Program-made: the position numbers and the translations under genes
Shown: positions 17,169 through 25,734 of the stretch, in pieces
Layout: every line of letters starts with the position of its first letter
Numbering within the stretch: position 1 is the stretch's first letter
Sequence record: MZ443780.1
Direction: 5' to 3' (one strand)
DNA length: 64,000 nucleotides
The notes under the pieces: generated by a model
Database searches by the model: none
Told to the model about the DNA's origin: nothing
Seen by the model: the letters and a program-made list of their open reading frames with translations, nothing else

Positions 17169-19700
17169 ATGGCGAAAACGAACAACAAGGCCGAGAAAAA
17201 GGCAGAGAAGAAAGCTAAAGTCAAAGCCAAGAAAAGTGGCGCATCGGCTGTAGCTTCTGACGATATCGGCGGCGTAGAGGTCATGGGCTTTGACCTTGCG
17301 AGTTTGATGGACGATGTGCTTGACGGCATCGAAAAGAAAACGAAAGTAAGCTCTCAGGATGCAGCACGTCACGCACCTCGTATTTCTACTGGTTGCCTTG
17401 CGCTTGACATGTACCTGTCTGGTGGTATTGTACCGGGCGGTTGGTATACGTTCAGCGGCGGTGAGCAGTCGTGCAAGTCAACAATGACCATGAGTATCAT
17501 GGCGAGCCTGATTCGTCTGCATTACTCTGGCATTAGTGTAGTGTTCGACTACGAAGGTTCAACCGATGCAGAGTACGTTGCTGGTCAGTTGAAGACGTTC
17601 GGCGTTAAAGTTGATCCGAAGACAATCTTCGGTGTGCGTGACGACGAAGACGGTAGTTGGATCGTTAAGCCTAAGATCCGTTACTATGCACCAGACAACG
17701 GTGAGCGCTTCTTCGATTATATGTCGATGCTGCGTCGTCGTCTGCCTGACAAGATCGTTGAGAAAGACGGCTCTGCGTACTACATCTTTGAGAACAACAA
17801 AGAGAACGCGAAGAAGCTGGCTGGCAAGTACGACAAGAAATGGTTCAGTCGTAACAACCAGTTCAAAGTCGCTGCGCCTGACGGTCACATGCAAGCGATG
17901 GTTATCGTTGACTCTTATCCGGCAATGCTGCCTGATCAGGTCGATGATGATGACGGTTCGAAAGCAATGGCGCTGCAAGCGCGTATGTTCTCTGACGGCA
18001 TCAAACGTTTCCGTGGCGGTATGCGTCGTAAGATGATGACCATCGTTGGCGTTAACCAGTTGCGTCAGAAACCTGCTGTAATGTTCGGCAGCCCTGAGTA
18101 TGAGCCCGGTGGCGATGCGTTGAAGTTCTACTGCTTCGACCGTGATACTCAGATTCGTACTAATCACGGTGTGCTGACTGCACCTCAGATCAAAGAGCTG
18201 TTGGACAACGGCACTGAGGTGAGCGTTGAGTCGTTCGATGGCTACCAGAAGATCAATGGTGCGTGGAAAGTTGAAGACGCTCCGTTCCCAATCGAACTGA
18301 ACGCTGGTGGACACGCATACGTTGGTAGCGCTGAACACCGCCAGTTTACTTTCATGTTCGACACAACTGCTGATGGTATGGCCGTGCTGCGTCCTGAGTG
18401 GAATACGCTCAACCAGCTTGCTCAGTACCCAGAGCAGAAAGGTCAGTATGCAGCACTGCGCGTACCGCCTGTGAAAGAACTGAAAGAGAACGTGCCTGAT
18501 GCGTTTGATGAAGCAAGCCAGCTCGTTAGTAACCTGCTTGGTAATGCTGACTTCGAAAGCGTACAACTGCCTCTGGCATCTTTCGGTGATACCACGTTCG
18601 CAGCGAACGTACTGACCACCAATATGATTGGCGATCAGGACGATGTTCACACGTTCTCTTTGTGGGCACGTCACCTGCTGTCTATCGGTATCTACGCGTA
18701 TGCTGACGAAAGCGGTCTGCACATTCCGGGTCTGAACAAACATGAACTGGAAGCGGCTGTAGCGCAAGACGAACTCGGTGCGTTTGCTGGTATCAGCTTC
18801 GAAGCCACCAGCCGTCAACGTCAAACGCAGATGCTGTCTGTTATCGCTGACGTGTTCCCTGAACTGACTCGCTACGTTCTGGACTATCAGTTGCAGACCG
18901 GTCAGGATAAAATCTATCTGGGCCCAGAGCAAGACTTTGCTCAGGCACTCGATCTGATTCTGCACAAACAGATTGAAGGTTACGATGACCTGTACGATCT
19001 GCTGATGCAGCAACTGGCCTACGTTGAAGACTGGTACAACTTCGACAACTCAATCGTTCCTGTTCCGTTCACGCTGAAAGCTATCGTGAATCCGACTGAG
19101 TTCTGGGATGTGAACGTTGCCGAAACGTCTGTTGTGATCACTAACGGCTTCGTCAGTCACAACTCTGATGTGCGTGTGCGTCTGGCCTCTCGTGCTGTTC
19201 CTGAAGGTTGGCCGAAACTCAAAGACGCTCCAGGCATCGTTGGTGAGAAGTCTGTTACTGTCGAAGGCGGCACTGACCGCTATCGTTTCATTGCTGCTAA
19301 GACCATCAAGAACAAGATGGGTGGCATCCCTAACCAGAGCACTTGGCTGCGCTTGTGGGAAGCTGACGGCAACGGTGAAGCGCGCGGCTTTGACCCAGTG
19401 TTTGATACGTGGCACTATCTGAAAACTCTCGGCCTGATTAACGGTACTCGTAAGAGCTTCAAGATCAAAGCGCCTTGCCCGCTCGCATCTGATGTTAAGA
19501 TGGACTGGGATGACTTCCGTACTCTCATCAACGGCAGCAAGACTCAGGTTGTCGATGTGTGTAAGAAACTGAAAGTCAAACCTGCTGGCTTGCGTCTGTG
19601 GTGCTTCAAGTTCGTGCAGTCCACCAAGGGCAACGAGATGTTGAAGAACGCTATCAGTAAGTCGGCGAAGTCTTCTAACGACGATGACGACGACGAGTAA
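17169..19700 (+). CDS. recA: RecA/UvsX-like recombinase containing an intein (about 499 aa after splicing)
   Basis: ISTGCLALDMYLSGG, Walker A variant GGEQSCKST, VIVDS, ARMFS, NQLRQK, EPGGDALKFY/SDVRVRL, KNKMG motifs. Confidence 0.92.
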   Translation: MAKTNNKAEKKAEKKAKVKAKKSGASAVASDDIGGVEVMGFDLASLMDDVLDGIEKKTKVSSQDAARHAPRISTGCLALDMYLSGGIVPGGWYTFSGGEQSCKSTMTMSIMASLIRLHYSGISVVFDYEGSTDAEYVAGQLKTFGVKVDPKTIFGVRDDEDGSWIVKPKIRYYAPDNGERFFDYMSMLRRRLPDKIVEKDGSAYYIFENNKENAKKLAGKYDKKWFSRNNQFKVAAPDGHMQAMVIVDSYPAMLPDQVDDDDGSKAMALQARMFSDGIKRFRGGMRRKMMTIVGVNQLRQKPAVMFGSPEYEPGGDALKFYCFDRDTQIRTNHGVLTAPQIKELLDNGTEVSVESFDGYQKINGAWKVEDAPFPIELNAGGHAYVGSAEHRQFTFMFDTTADGMAVLRPEWNTLNQLAQYPEQKGQYAALRVPPVKELKENVPDAFDEASQLVSNLLGNADFESVQLPLASFGDTTFAANVLTTNMIGDQDDVHTFSLWARHLLSIGIYAYADESGLHIPGLNKHELEAAVAQDELGAFAGISFEATSRQRQTQMLSVIADVFPELTRYVLDYQLQTGQDKIYLGPEQDFAQALDLILHKQIEGYDDLYDLLMQQLAYVEDWYNFDNSIVPVPFTLKAIVNPTEFWDVNVAETSVVITNGFVSHNSDVRVRLASRAVPEGWPKLKDAPGIVGEKSVTVEGGTDRYRFIAAKTIKNKMGGIPNQSTWLRLWEADGNGEARGFDPVFDTWHYLKTLGLINGTRKSFKIKAPCPLASDVKMDWDDFRTLINGSKTQVVDVCKKLKVKPAGLRLWCFKFVQSTKGNEMLKNAISKSAKSSNDDDDDE
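18132..19163 (+). mobile_element. class 1 intein, 344 aa, in RecA (degenerate or absent homing endonuclease)
   Basis: Starts CFDRDT, block B SAEH, block F FWDVNV, ends SHN with +1 Ser. Removing it restores ALKFY-SDVR. Confidence 0.9.
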
Positions 19701-19707
19701 CACACGC

Positions 19708-19734
19708 GGGAGGGCTTCGGCTCTCCCATCTTTT
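19708..19734 (+). terminator. intrinsic terminator
   Basis: GGGAGGGC-TTCG-GCTCTCCC followed by ATCTTTT. Confidence 0.7.
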
Positions 19735-19750
19735 GTTTGAGGAGAATGTA

Positions 19751-20179
19751 ATGCGCACTCAAATCTTTACCGCTGATATCCTTAATCTGGAAACAGTGAC
19801 TGTCAACGAAGAAGACGGTAGTGAAGTTCGTACACCCACTATCGTGCCTAACGTTGAAGGCGAACCTGAGTTTAACATCTACACCATTCAGTCTCTGATT
19901 CAGTCAACAACTACCGGCGAGCCTGTGTCTGACACGCGCCTGATTGTGTTGATCACACCTGACCTGCTGGCGGGCTTCTCTACTAACGGTTTGGAAAACT
20001 ACTTCGACCCTATTGCTCGCGTCGAAGATATCGCTGCTGGTAACGTCGGTAGCGTCCTCGGCAAACAGGTTGTTATCAACGATAAGTCTGTTGCGCCGTG
20101 TCTTGCAGTAGCAAACGTTAGCGATGTTGAAGAGGGTGTAACTATCCTCGCATACAGCGCAGCGCAGGTAAAACTGTAA
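19751..20179 (+). CDS. hypothetical protein
   Basis: GAGGAG RBS before ATG 19751, 142 aa. Confidence 0.75.
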   Translation: MRTQIFTADILNLETVTVNEEDGSEVRTPTIVPNVEGEPEFNIYTIQSLIQSTTTGEPVSDTRLIVLITPDLLAGFSTNGLENYFDPIARVEDIAAGNVGSVLGKQVVINDKSVAPCLAVANVSDVEEGVTILAYSAAQVKL

Positions 20180-20233
20180 ATACTGATCAACAACCGAACA
20201 CAAATGCTGTGTGTAGTCTCGCCCGTCTTGGGC

Positions 20234-20266
20234 ATGGGAGAGCCGGATGGCCTCCCATTTTTTTTT
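20234..20266 (+). terminator. strong intrinsic terminator
   Basis: ATGGGAG...CTCCCAT stem followed by T9. Confidence 0.85.
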
Positions 20267-20282
20267 ATTCTGAGGAATTTTT

Positions 20283-21356
20283 ATGAGCCAGCATAAAACT
20301 GAATTGTGGGATGAAGCTCTAGGCGGTGCACTGTCTGCTAAATACAATCAAACGGCTGAGTACGTCCCCGTGATTCGTAGCGTCAATGCACGACTCGTCG
20401 AGGAGATTGCTCCATTCCGTAGACGGCTTGTTGCGGGGTTTGAAAAGTTCCTGACTGACGCTAAAGGTAAGATTGAATACTTCGGTCCTTCACTCGAACA
20501 GTTCGCGTTATGGCTACAGCCGAACGGTAACTTCCAAAAGTCTGACTATGATATTGCTGTATTGTCTCATACGCATACCCATTTCTTTTGGCAGTATACC
20601 CGAGCAGAGTTTGAGTTCGAAGAAGAAGTGATGGAGCATATCATCGAATCAGAAACACCTACCAAGATACCAGCGTCAATCATCAAGCAACTTCCTTACT
20701 GGACTCAATGGGTACGCGCACCTATAGGCGTTGATATCACAGGGGAACCTGCTGCATCTCAAGGCGCTAACCTGCACTTCTTTGGCGCTCTTGTGAGTTA
20801 TTTGCGCTACGACAATAAAACGTTTCTGAATCTAAACGCGCCTGTGTTTACTGAGCGTGGGGATTGGAAAGACCCAGCGCTTATGGCTGCTAACGTTCGC
20901 GTGTGCATTGATGATGACATTGACTTCACCGACCCGAATACAATCATTCCTTATATGCAGGGTACGCATGAAAATTTGAGTGAGGAAATGAAACAAAAGA
21001 TATTCGGTGCTGTGCGTGAATGGGCGCCGAAGATGATCAGTTGTGTGTTATTCTTGTGCTCCCAGCAAGAAGCAGTATACAAACAGGGTGCAGTGCAGCA
21101 AGCAGTTCGCCGTAAAGGCAACAACTATAAAATGCAAGCGCTGTCCAAATCGAAACAGTTTACGGTCGGCGGTGAGTTCGTTGACCAAATACGTGAGTAC
21201 GAAGCTGACGCTATGCGCTCTGCATCAGGGCAGCGCCGTGCTCATATCAGACGTGGGCACTATCACCACTTCTGGACAGGGCCAAAAACAGGTGAGCGTA
21301 AACTCATTTGCAAATGGCTTCCACCGAGCATTGTTCGCGGTACTGCCGCAGAGTAA
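20283..21356 (+). CDS. AcrVA2/FinQ-family protein
   Basis: W..T...F.F.EE...P..IP.SI...LP.W, LFLC and RAHIRRGHYHHFWTG...KWLPP align with Moraxella AcrVA2 motifs recalled from memory (LPDWC, LWLC, RPHIRRGHWHGYWQG...RWQP). Confidence 0.75.
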   Translation: MSQHKTELWDEALGGALSAKYNQTAEYVPVIRSVNARLVEEIAPFRRRLVAGFEKFLTDAKGKIEYFGPSLEQFALWLQPNGNFQKSDYDIAVLSHTHTHFFWQYTRAEFEFEEEVMEHIIESETPTKIPASIIKQLPYWTQWVRAPIGVDITGEPAASQGANLHFFGALVSYLRYDNKTFLNLNAPVFTERGDWKDPALMAANVRVCIDDDIDFTDPNTIIPYMQGTHENLSEEMKQKIFGAVREWAPKMISCVLFLCSQQEAVYKQGAVQQAVRRKGNNYKMQALSKSKQFTVGGEFVDQIREYEADAMRSASGQRRAHIRRGHYHHFWTGPKTGERKLICKWLPPSIVRGTAAE

Positions 21357-21404
21357 TAGCTCTTTTCTAAACTCCACGTATGGGCGTTATGCCCGGAGGT
21401 TAAT

Positions 21405-22163
21405 ATGTCCCGTGTACAAACTCTATGGATTCCAGATATGGAATCGTATGAACCTTATGTCCGTTCTCTGTGCCATATGGCGCGAGCGCTGGAAAACAAT
21501 GGCCTGAACTATGGTAAGTTGAAACGCGTAGTTGTTATCGGCCTGTCGAAACGCAGTGTTGAGTCTTACGTTAAACAACTGCTTAACTCTAACACTCTGC
21601 CTAACACTCTCGTCTGTTTCGGTATCGACGAAGCGCCTGACAGCCACAAAGAATTTTCGTTCATCGGCTCGCATGTTGTGTTGATGCACGACCTGACGTA
21701 TGCCGGTGACAATGCGATGCACCGTGTGTCTCAACGTGTTCTCGAAATAATCCTGAGCTTGAAGCCTAAGCCACAAGACACTGAGCTTAAAAATGGTGCG
21801 CTGTCTCTCGTATACCAGAATCCTATGCTCTGGTCATTCATACGTGACACTGGCTCAAGTATGTACGGACACAGCCGTCACATTCAATACGCAGAAGGGA
21901 TCGCATCGACTGTCGGCGTAGATCAACTAATGTCCTGCGAGAACAACGAGGACTTCCATAAGCTCCATGCGCAGACAATCACAATCGGCCAAGAGTTCTT
22001 CTACGTTAAGACCTCAGAACTGCTGTCAAGGTTAGGCAGTCTTAGTTGGTCGCTCGGCTGCATAAACAGTGAGTTCAGAGCCGACTATAAAATCGTGCTG
22101 CATGAGGATCTGCGCATACCAATCTTCGAAGAATTTCTGTTAGGTGACTTCGGGGGCTTTTAA
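21405..22163 (+). CDS. hypothetical protein
   Basis: 252 aa, GGAGG RBS. Confidence 0.75.
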   Translation: MSRVQTLWIPDMESYEPYVRSLCHMARALENNGLNYGKLKRVVVIGLSKRSVESYVKQLLNSNTLPNTLVCFGIDEAPDSHKEFSFIGSHVVLMHDLTYAGDNAMHRVSQRVLEIILSLKPKPQDTELKNGALSLVYQNPMLWSFIRDTGSSMYGHSRHIQYAEGIASTVGVDQLMSCENNEDFHKLHAQTITIGQEFFYVKTSELLSRLGSLSWSLGCINSEFRADYKIVLHEDLRIPIFEEFLLGDFGGF

Positions 22164-22236
22164 GAATATTCTTAGCCTGCTCTCTAATTTCTATATGTTG
22201 GCAAGTAGTGCTGACGTATCGTTATTGGAGAATAAC

Positions 22237-22497
22237 ATGTGCGAACGTAGCCATCTGCGGTTGAAGTACCTCGCACGGTCATCGAACTGGTGCAATAATA
22301 AAGTAAACGCTTGTAGTGAGCGGAAGGCGAGAGATGTTCAGTGCGAAGAATTTTTGGCTGCGACCAAAGATTGTCGTTCGATTCAGAACTCGTCCAGTGT
22401 TGTTTCTTTCTTCTCTGGCCAAGAGCTTGTTGGTCAGGCTATCTGGCGTGAGATAGAGGGAGACAACATGCTTCAATTCCGGTTGCTACTTGCTTAA
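22237..22497 (+). CDS. hypothetical protein
   Basis: GGAG RBS before ATG 22237, 86 aa. Confidence 0.5.
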   Translation: MCERSHLRLKYLARSSNWCNNKVNACSERKARDVQCEEFLAATKDCRSIQNSSSVVSFFSGQELVGQAIWREIEGDNMLQFRLLLA

Positions 22498-22501
22498 CGA
22501 C

Positions 22502-22540
22502 AAAAGGGCTTTCAGAGAAAATCTGATGGCCCTTTTCTTA
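22502..22540 (+). terminator. probable terminator
   Basis: AAAAGGGC...GCCCTTTT stem. Confidence 0.65.
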
Positions 22541-22592
22541 TTCTATTGCTAATTTTCATCGACAAACACACTAACCGAATCTGAGGTAATTT

Positions 22593-24233
22593 ATGTCTTT
22601 GATTTCACTTAAAGGCGTAGCGTCCACATCTGCCCCTACCAAAGCGCAGAAAGATGCTGCTGTCTATATGTTTGGCTCTAAGGGCCATTCAATCGTTGCT
22701 GTGCTCGACAAATTCAGTCGTGCGAAAGAGCTACGCACCGCACACGTTGACGGTATGCTCAAGATGATGAAAGAAGGTGAAGATGACGAGATCATCAAGT
22801 TCACCGAGTCTGCTGCGGGTCGTAAGGCAATCGCTGCTGCTAAAGCATTCGCCGTAGCTAAAACGCTGACCGCCAGTATCAAAGCGCTGAAACTGATTCG
22901 CGTTCCTGTTAAGTGGGTAGCTGGTCATTCAGACGCGGCTGCTGCGCGTATCACCGAGACAAAAGAGATTCGTGCTCGCAAGTCTGCTGCTGGTAAAGCA
23001 GAGAAGCCGATCAAGCTCGACAACCCGGGCGCACCTGAGTCTACCACAGTAGACAACAAAGTGATTGACGCGAAGAAAGGTTCTGCAACACCGGCAACCG
23101 ATGACGTAAGCGTGATTGACCGTGTAGTCAAAAACCCTTCTATCAAAAACACGTCTATCATTATCCGCCGCCTCTTTAAAGGCCATGAGACTACATCTTC
23201 ATTGATGTTCCGCAAGGGTGTCGGTACTCAATCGACGCTTCTGGGTCTTGGGTCTCACGGCAACGGACACGAGACTGGTGCCGGACTGCTGGTGGCTGCA
23301 TTCAAAGCTACCGGCATCAAACCTAAGTGGTACTTAGCTGATGCTGGCGATGCTGCTTTCGATTTAGGTTCTGCTGCAAACGTAACGAAAGTGTTCAAGT
23401 GGTTGTCTGCGAGAAAGCCGGGCGAAACTTTTGCTGCCACTGCGAAGCTGCCTAAATCTGGTAAAGTACCTGCAGGTGCAACGCGTGTTGTGCGCGATCA
23501 TATCGGCAAGCCTGAGCCTGTGTCGAAAGAAAAACTCGCTTCTTCGACGTTTGATTTTGTAGGCGTTAAGTCTGCTGCTGGTGGCGCACTTAAACTGCAA
23601 TTCAAACAACCGAAGAATGACAACGAATGGTCACTGACAATCCGTCGTGATAAAGACTCTATTACGAGTGACCACGATGGTTCTTCTGGCTACCAGACTG
23701 CTGAGTCTTTCCTGCAACGCGGTATTACTGCAATCGGCGGTTCTGTTGTCGCAGAGCACCAGCAGCCGGGCAGCGCGATCTTCCAGTTTGCGAGCGAAGA
23801 TCAGGCTAAAGCATATATTGCTTGGCTTAAAAAGCAGAAAGCTCAAACCATCAACTACAAAACTGAGCCTAAGATCACGGTAACCAAAGCTGCTTCATAC
23901 ACACCGTCAGGTAAAACTGATGTTTCGCTGGTGGATGAAATGGCAGAAGTACCTGCACGTAAGATCGCAGCCAAACCTTTGCAGGCGCGTGAAGAATATT
24001 TCAATGCTCTGCGCAACATCCTGCAAAACAATCTGCCTAAGTCAGAAGTGTCCGCAACATCTAACGGTGTTGTCGTAGCGAAAGGCACCAAGATGTACAC
24101 GATTCGCCTCGACGATAAATCGTGGACAATTCAGACTGGCGTTACTGGCAAGACAAAACGTATCGGCGCAACGTTCGATATCGTTGATCTGCTCGGCATG
24201 ATCGACAAGTCAATTCTGAGTCCCAAAGCGTAA
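22593..24233 (+). CDS. basic Ala/Lys-rich protein, probable internal virion protein
   Basis: 546 aa, GAGGT RBS, starts MSLISLKGVASTSA. Confidence 0.7.
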   Translation: MSLISLKGVASTSAPTKAQKDAAVYMFGSKGHSIVAVLDKFSRAKELRTAHVDGMLKMMKEGEDDEIIKFTESAAGRKAIAAAKAFAVAKTLTASIKALKLIRVPVKWVAGHSDAAAARITETKEIRARKSAAGKAEKPIKLDNPGAPESTTVDNKVIDAKKGSATPATDDVSVIDRVVKNPSIKNTSIIIRRLFKGHETTSSLMFRKGVGTQSTLLGLGSHGNGHETGAGLLVAAFKATGIKPKWYLADAGDAAFDLGSAANVTKVFKWLSARKPGETFAATAKLPKSGKVPAGATRVVRDHIGKPEPVSKEKLASSTFDFVGVKSAAGGALKLQFKQPKNDNEWSLTIRRDKDSITSDHDGSSGYQTAESFLQRGITAIGGSVVAEHQQPGSAIFQFASEDQAKAYIAWLKKQKAQTINYKTEPKITVTKAASYTPSGKTDVSLVDEMAEVPARKIAAKPLQAREEYFNALRNILQNNLPKSEVSATSNGVVVAKGTKMYTIRLDDKSWTIQTGVTGKTKRIGATFDIVDLLGMIDKSILSPKA

Positions 24234-24239
24234 ACAAAG

Positions 24240-24264
24240 AGGGTAGCTTCGGCTGCCCTTTTTT
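24240..24264 (+). terminator. intrinsic terminator closing the late/middle block
   Basis: AGGGTAGC-TTCG-GCTGCCCT followed by T5; near-identical to the 17121 hairpin. Confidence 0.8.
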
Positions 24265-24335
24265 ACGTCTGATCGACCTGAAAAGTGACTGTGACTTAAC
24301 TCAAACTGAGACTGCCCAAGATCTGCGAAGTCTGC

Positions 24336-24386
24336 AAATAACTGGTCAAAATAGCTCTTTATACGCACACGCGCCCGTGATACAAT
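24336..24386 (+). promoter_or_regulatory. early sigma70 promoter with conserved upstream element
   Basis: AAATAA-CTGGTCAAAAT-N5-TTTATA-N17-TACAAT with extended -10 TG. Confidence 0.8.
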
Positions 24387-24439
24387 ATATGCAGACGCTA
24401 CACAACGTAGCACATACAACTAATGCTGAGGAGCATACA

Positions 24440-24766
24440 ATGAAAACTTACAACGCTGAGAACAAACACGAAATCGAAGAATTTGCGGCTGAGATCAACA
24501 AACGCATGAAGCGTACCGATGCGAAAGCAATCGTGACCAACGCCTACGCAGACGACGAGTTTTGTTTGATGGTTGTTGAGTGGGACGCAGAACTGAATGA
24601 AGAAACTGGCGAGTGTGGTTACTTCATTGATATCCCGAGCGAAGACGGCGAGAAGCATCGCATCACTTATGCAGGTGTGCCTCACCCCGAAGATAAAGAG
24701 TACGTGTTCTACTTCGACATGTACGAAGAATTGATGCCTGAGATTGAACGTCTGAATCTCGCCTAA
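24440..24766 (+). CDS. acidic early protein
   Basis: CTGAGGAG RBS, 108 aa. Confidence 0.8.
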   Translation: MKTYNAENKHEIEEFAAEINKRMKRTDAKAIVTNAYADDEFCLMVVEWDAELNEETGECGYFIDIPSEDGEKHRITYAGVPHPEDKEYVFYFDMYEELMPEIERLNLA

Positions 24767-24768
24767 GC

Positions 24769-24819
24769 AAATATCTGGTCAAAAGCGCCGTTGCTTGAAA
24801 ACGTGTGACGGCGTATTAT
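24769..24819 (+). promoter_or_regulatory. early sigma70 promoter with conserved upstream element
   Basis: AAATAT-CTGGTCAAAAG-N5-TTGCTT-N17-TATTAT. Confidence 0.8.
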
Positions 24820-24868
24820 GTAATCTCTAGCGCAATGACGCGCTCAACACTGAAAGAGGCAACAAACA

Positions 24869-25108
24869 ATGGCTGAGAAACAAGTAGTTCTTGATCTGAT
24901 CGCAGACGTAGCATCACCTACAGAAGTTATCTTCGAAGACGGTCAATCGTCTAATGAGTGGCTCGCACCGTACGATTTGCGCCTCACCGTGTCACTGCAC
25001 ACTGGCCCGAACGGCTACCCCGAAGTGAACATCATCGGCGATGAAGACGATCTGAAACGCTTCTTGTCTGAACACGACTTTGAAGGTTCAGTCGAAGACG
25101 TGAAGTAA
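24869..25108 (+). CDS. small acidic early protein
   Basis: GAGG RBS, 79 aa, GPNGYPEV motif. Confidence 0.8.
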   Translation: MAEKQVVLDLIADVASPTEVIFEDGQSSNEWLAPYDLRLTVSLHTGPNGYPEVNIIGDEDDLKRFLSEHDFEGSVEDVK

Positions 25109-25115
25109 GTTGTTT

Positions 25116-25142
25116 GAGCGGGGCTTCGGCCTCGCTTCTTTT
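25116..25142 (+). terminator. intrinsic terminator
   Basis: GAGCGGGGC-TTCG-GCCTCGCTT followed by CTTTT. Confidence 0.7.
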
Positions 25143-25165
25143 ATTCTGCCGAAGAGAAAGTAACT

Positions 25166-25672
25166 ATGAAGAATCAATATCTCGTTATTCGCATGAGTGC
25201 CGTTGACATATACGACCGTACATTTCTAATGCGTGGCTTCAATATGAAGCGCATCGAAAAAGTTATCGGCGTTATCGCTGTCGTCGGTGAAGGTCTGCTG
25301 ACTTCTGATTCTAAGATGTACCATCTGTCTCGCGTCAACATCGATCTGTTGGCGTCTGATACACAGCAGAGCTGGGGACGCCTGAGCTGGTCAAGCATTG
25401 ACGCCACGCTCATTGATTCTGGTATGCGCCGTCTGCCGCCAGAACTGCTTGATAGAATTAAGGCAATGCGCACTAATCGCATCTATTACGGCGTCGATAC
25501 GACGATACCAGAAGCGTTTCGTGACTGTCACACTGAGTTGGTGTATACGCCAAGCGCCGCTCGCAAGTTAGTAGATCGCGCCGAGAAACTTGCTGCGTTG
25601 AGTGAGTACAGCGTAGAAGATATTATCGCTCACCTGAAAACGCGCATTGAAGGCGTCACTATAGCTTTCTAA
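25166..25672 (+). CDS. hypothetical protein
   Basis: 168 aa. Confidence 0.7.
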   Translation: MKNQYLVIRMSAVDIYDRTFLMRGFNMKRIEKVIGVIAVVGEGLLTSDSKMYHLSRVNIDLLASDTQQSWGRLSWSSIDATLIDSGMRRLPPELLDRIKAMRTNRIYYGVDTTIPEAFRDCHTELVYTPSAARKLVDRAEKLAALSEYSVEDIIAHLKTRIEGVTIAF

Positions 25673-25734
25673 TCGTTATCTGACTGTGGCGTTACGGCGC
25701 CACGTACTTCACAACTTAATTGAGAGAACATGCC

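Noticed and set aside
18400-19000. Active LAGLIDADG homing endonuclease inside the RecA intein
   Set aside because: No intact LAGLIDADG motifs and too acidic for DNA binding. Treated as degenerate.
17559-19013. 484-aa antisense ORF inside recA (also 59773..61500, 5091..5777 and many shorter antisense ORFs)
   Set aside because: Shadow frames of strongly codon-biased genes. They lack an RBS and recognisable motifs and are fully overlapped by well-supported + strand genes.
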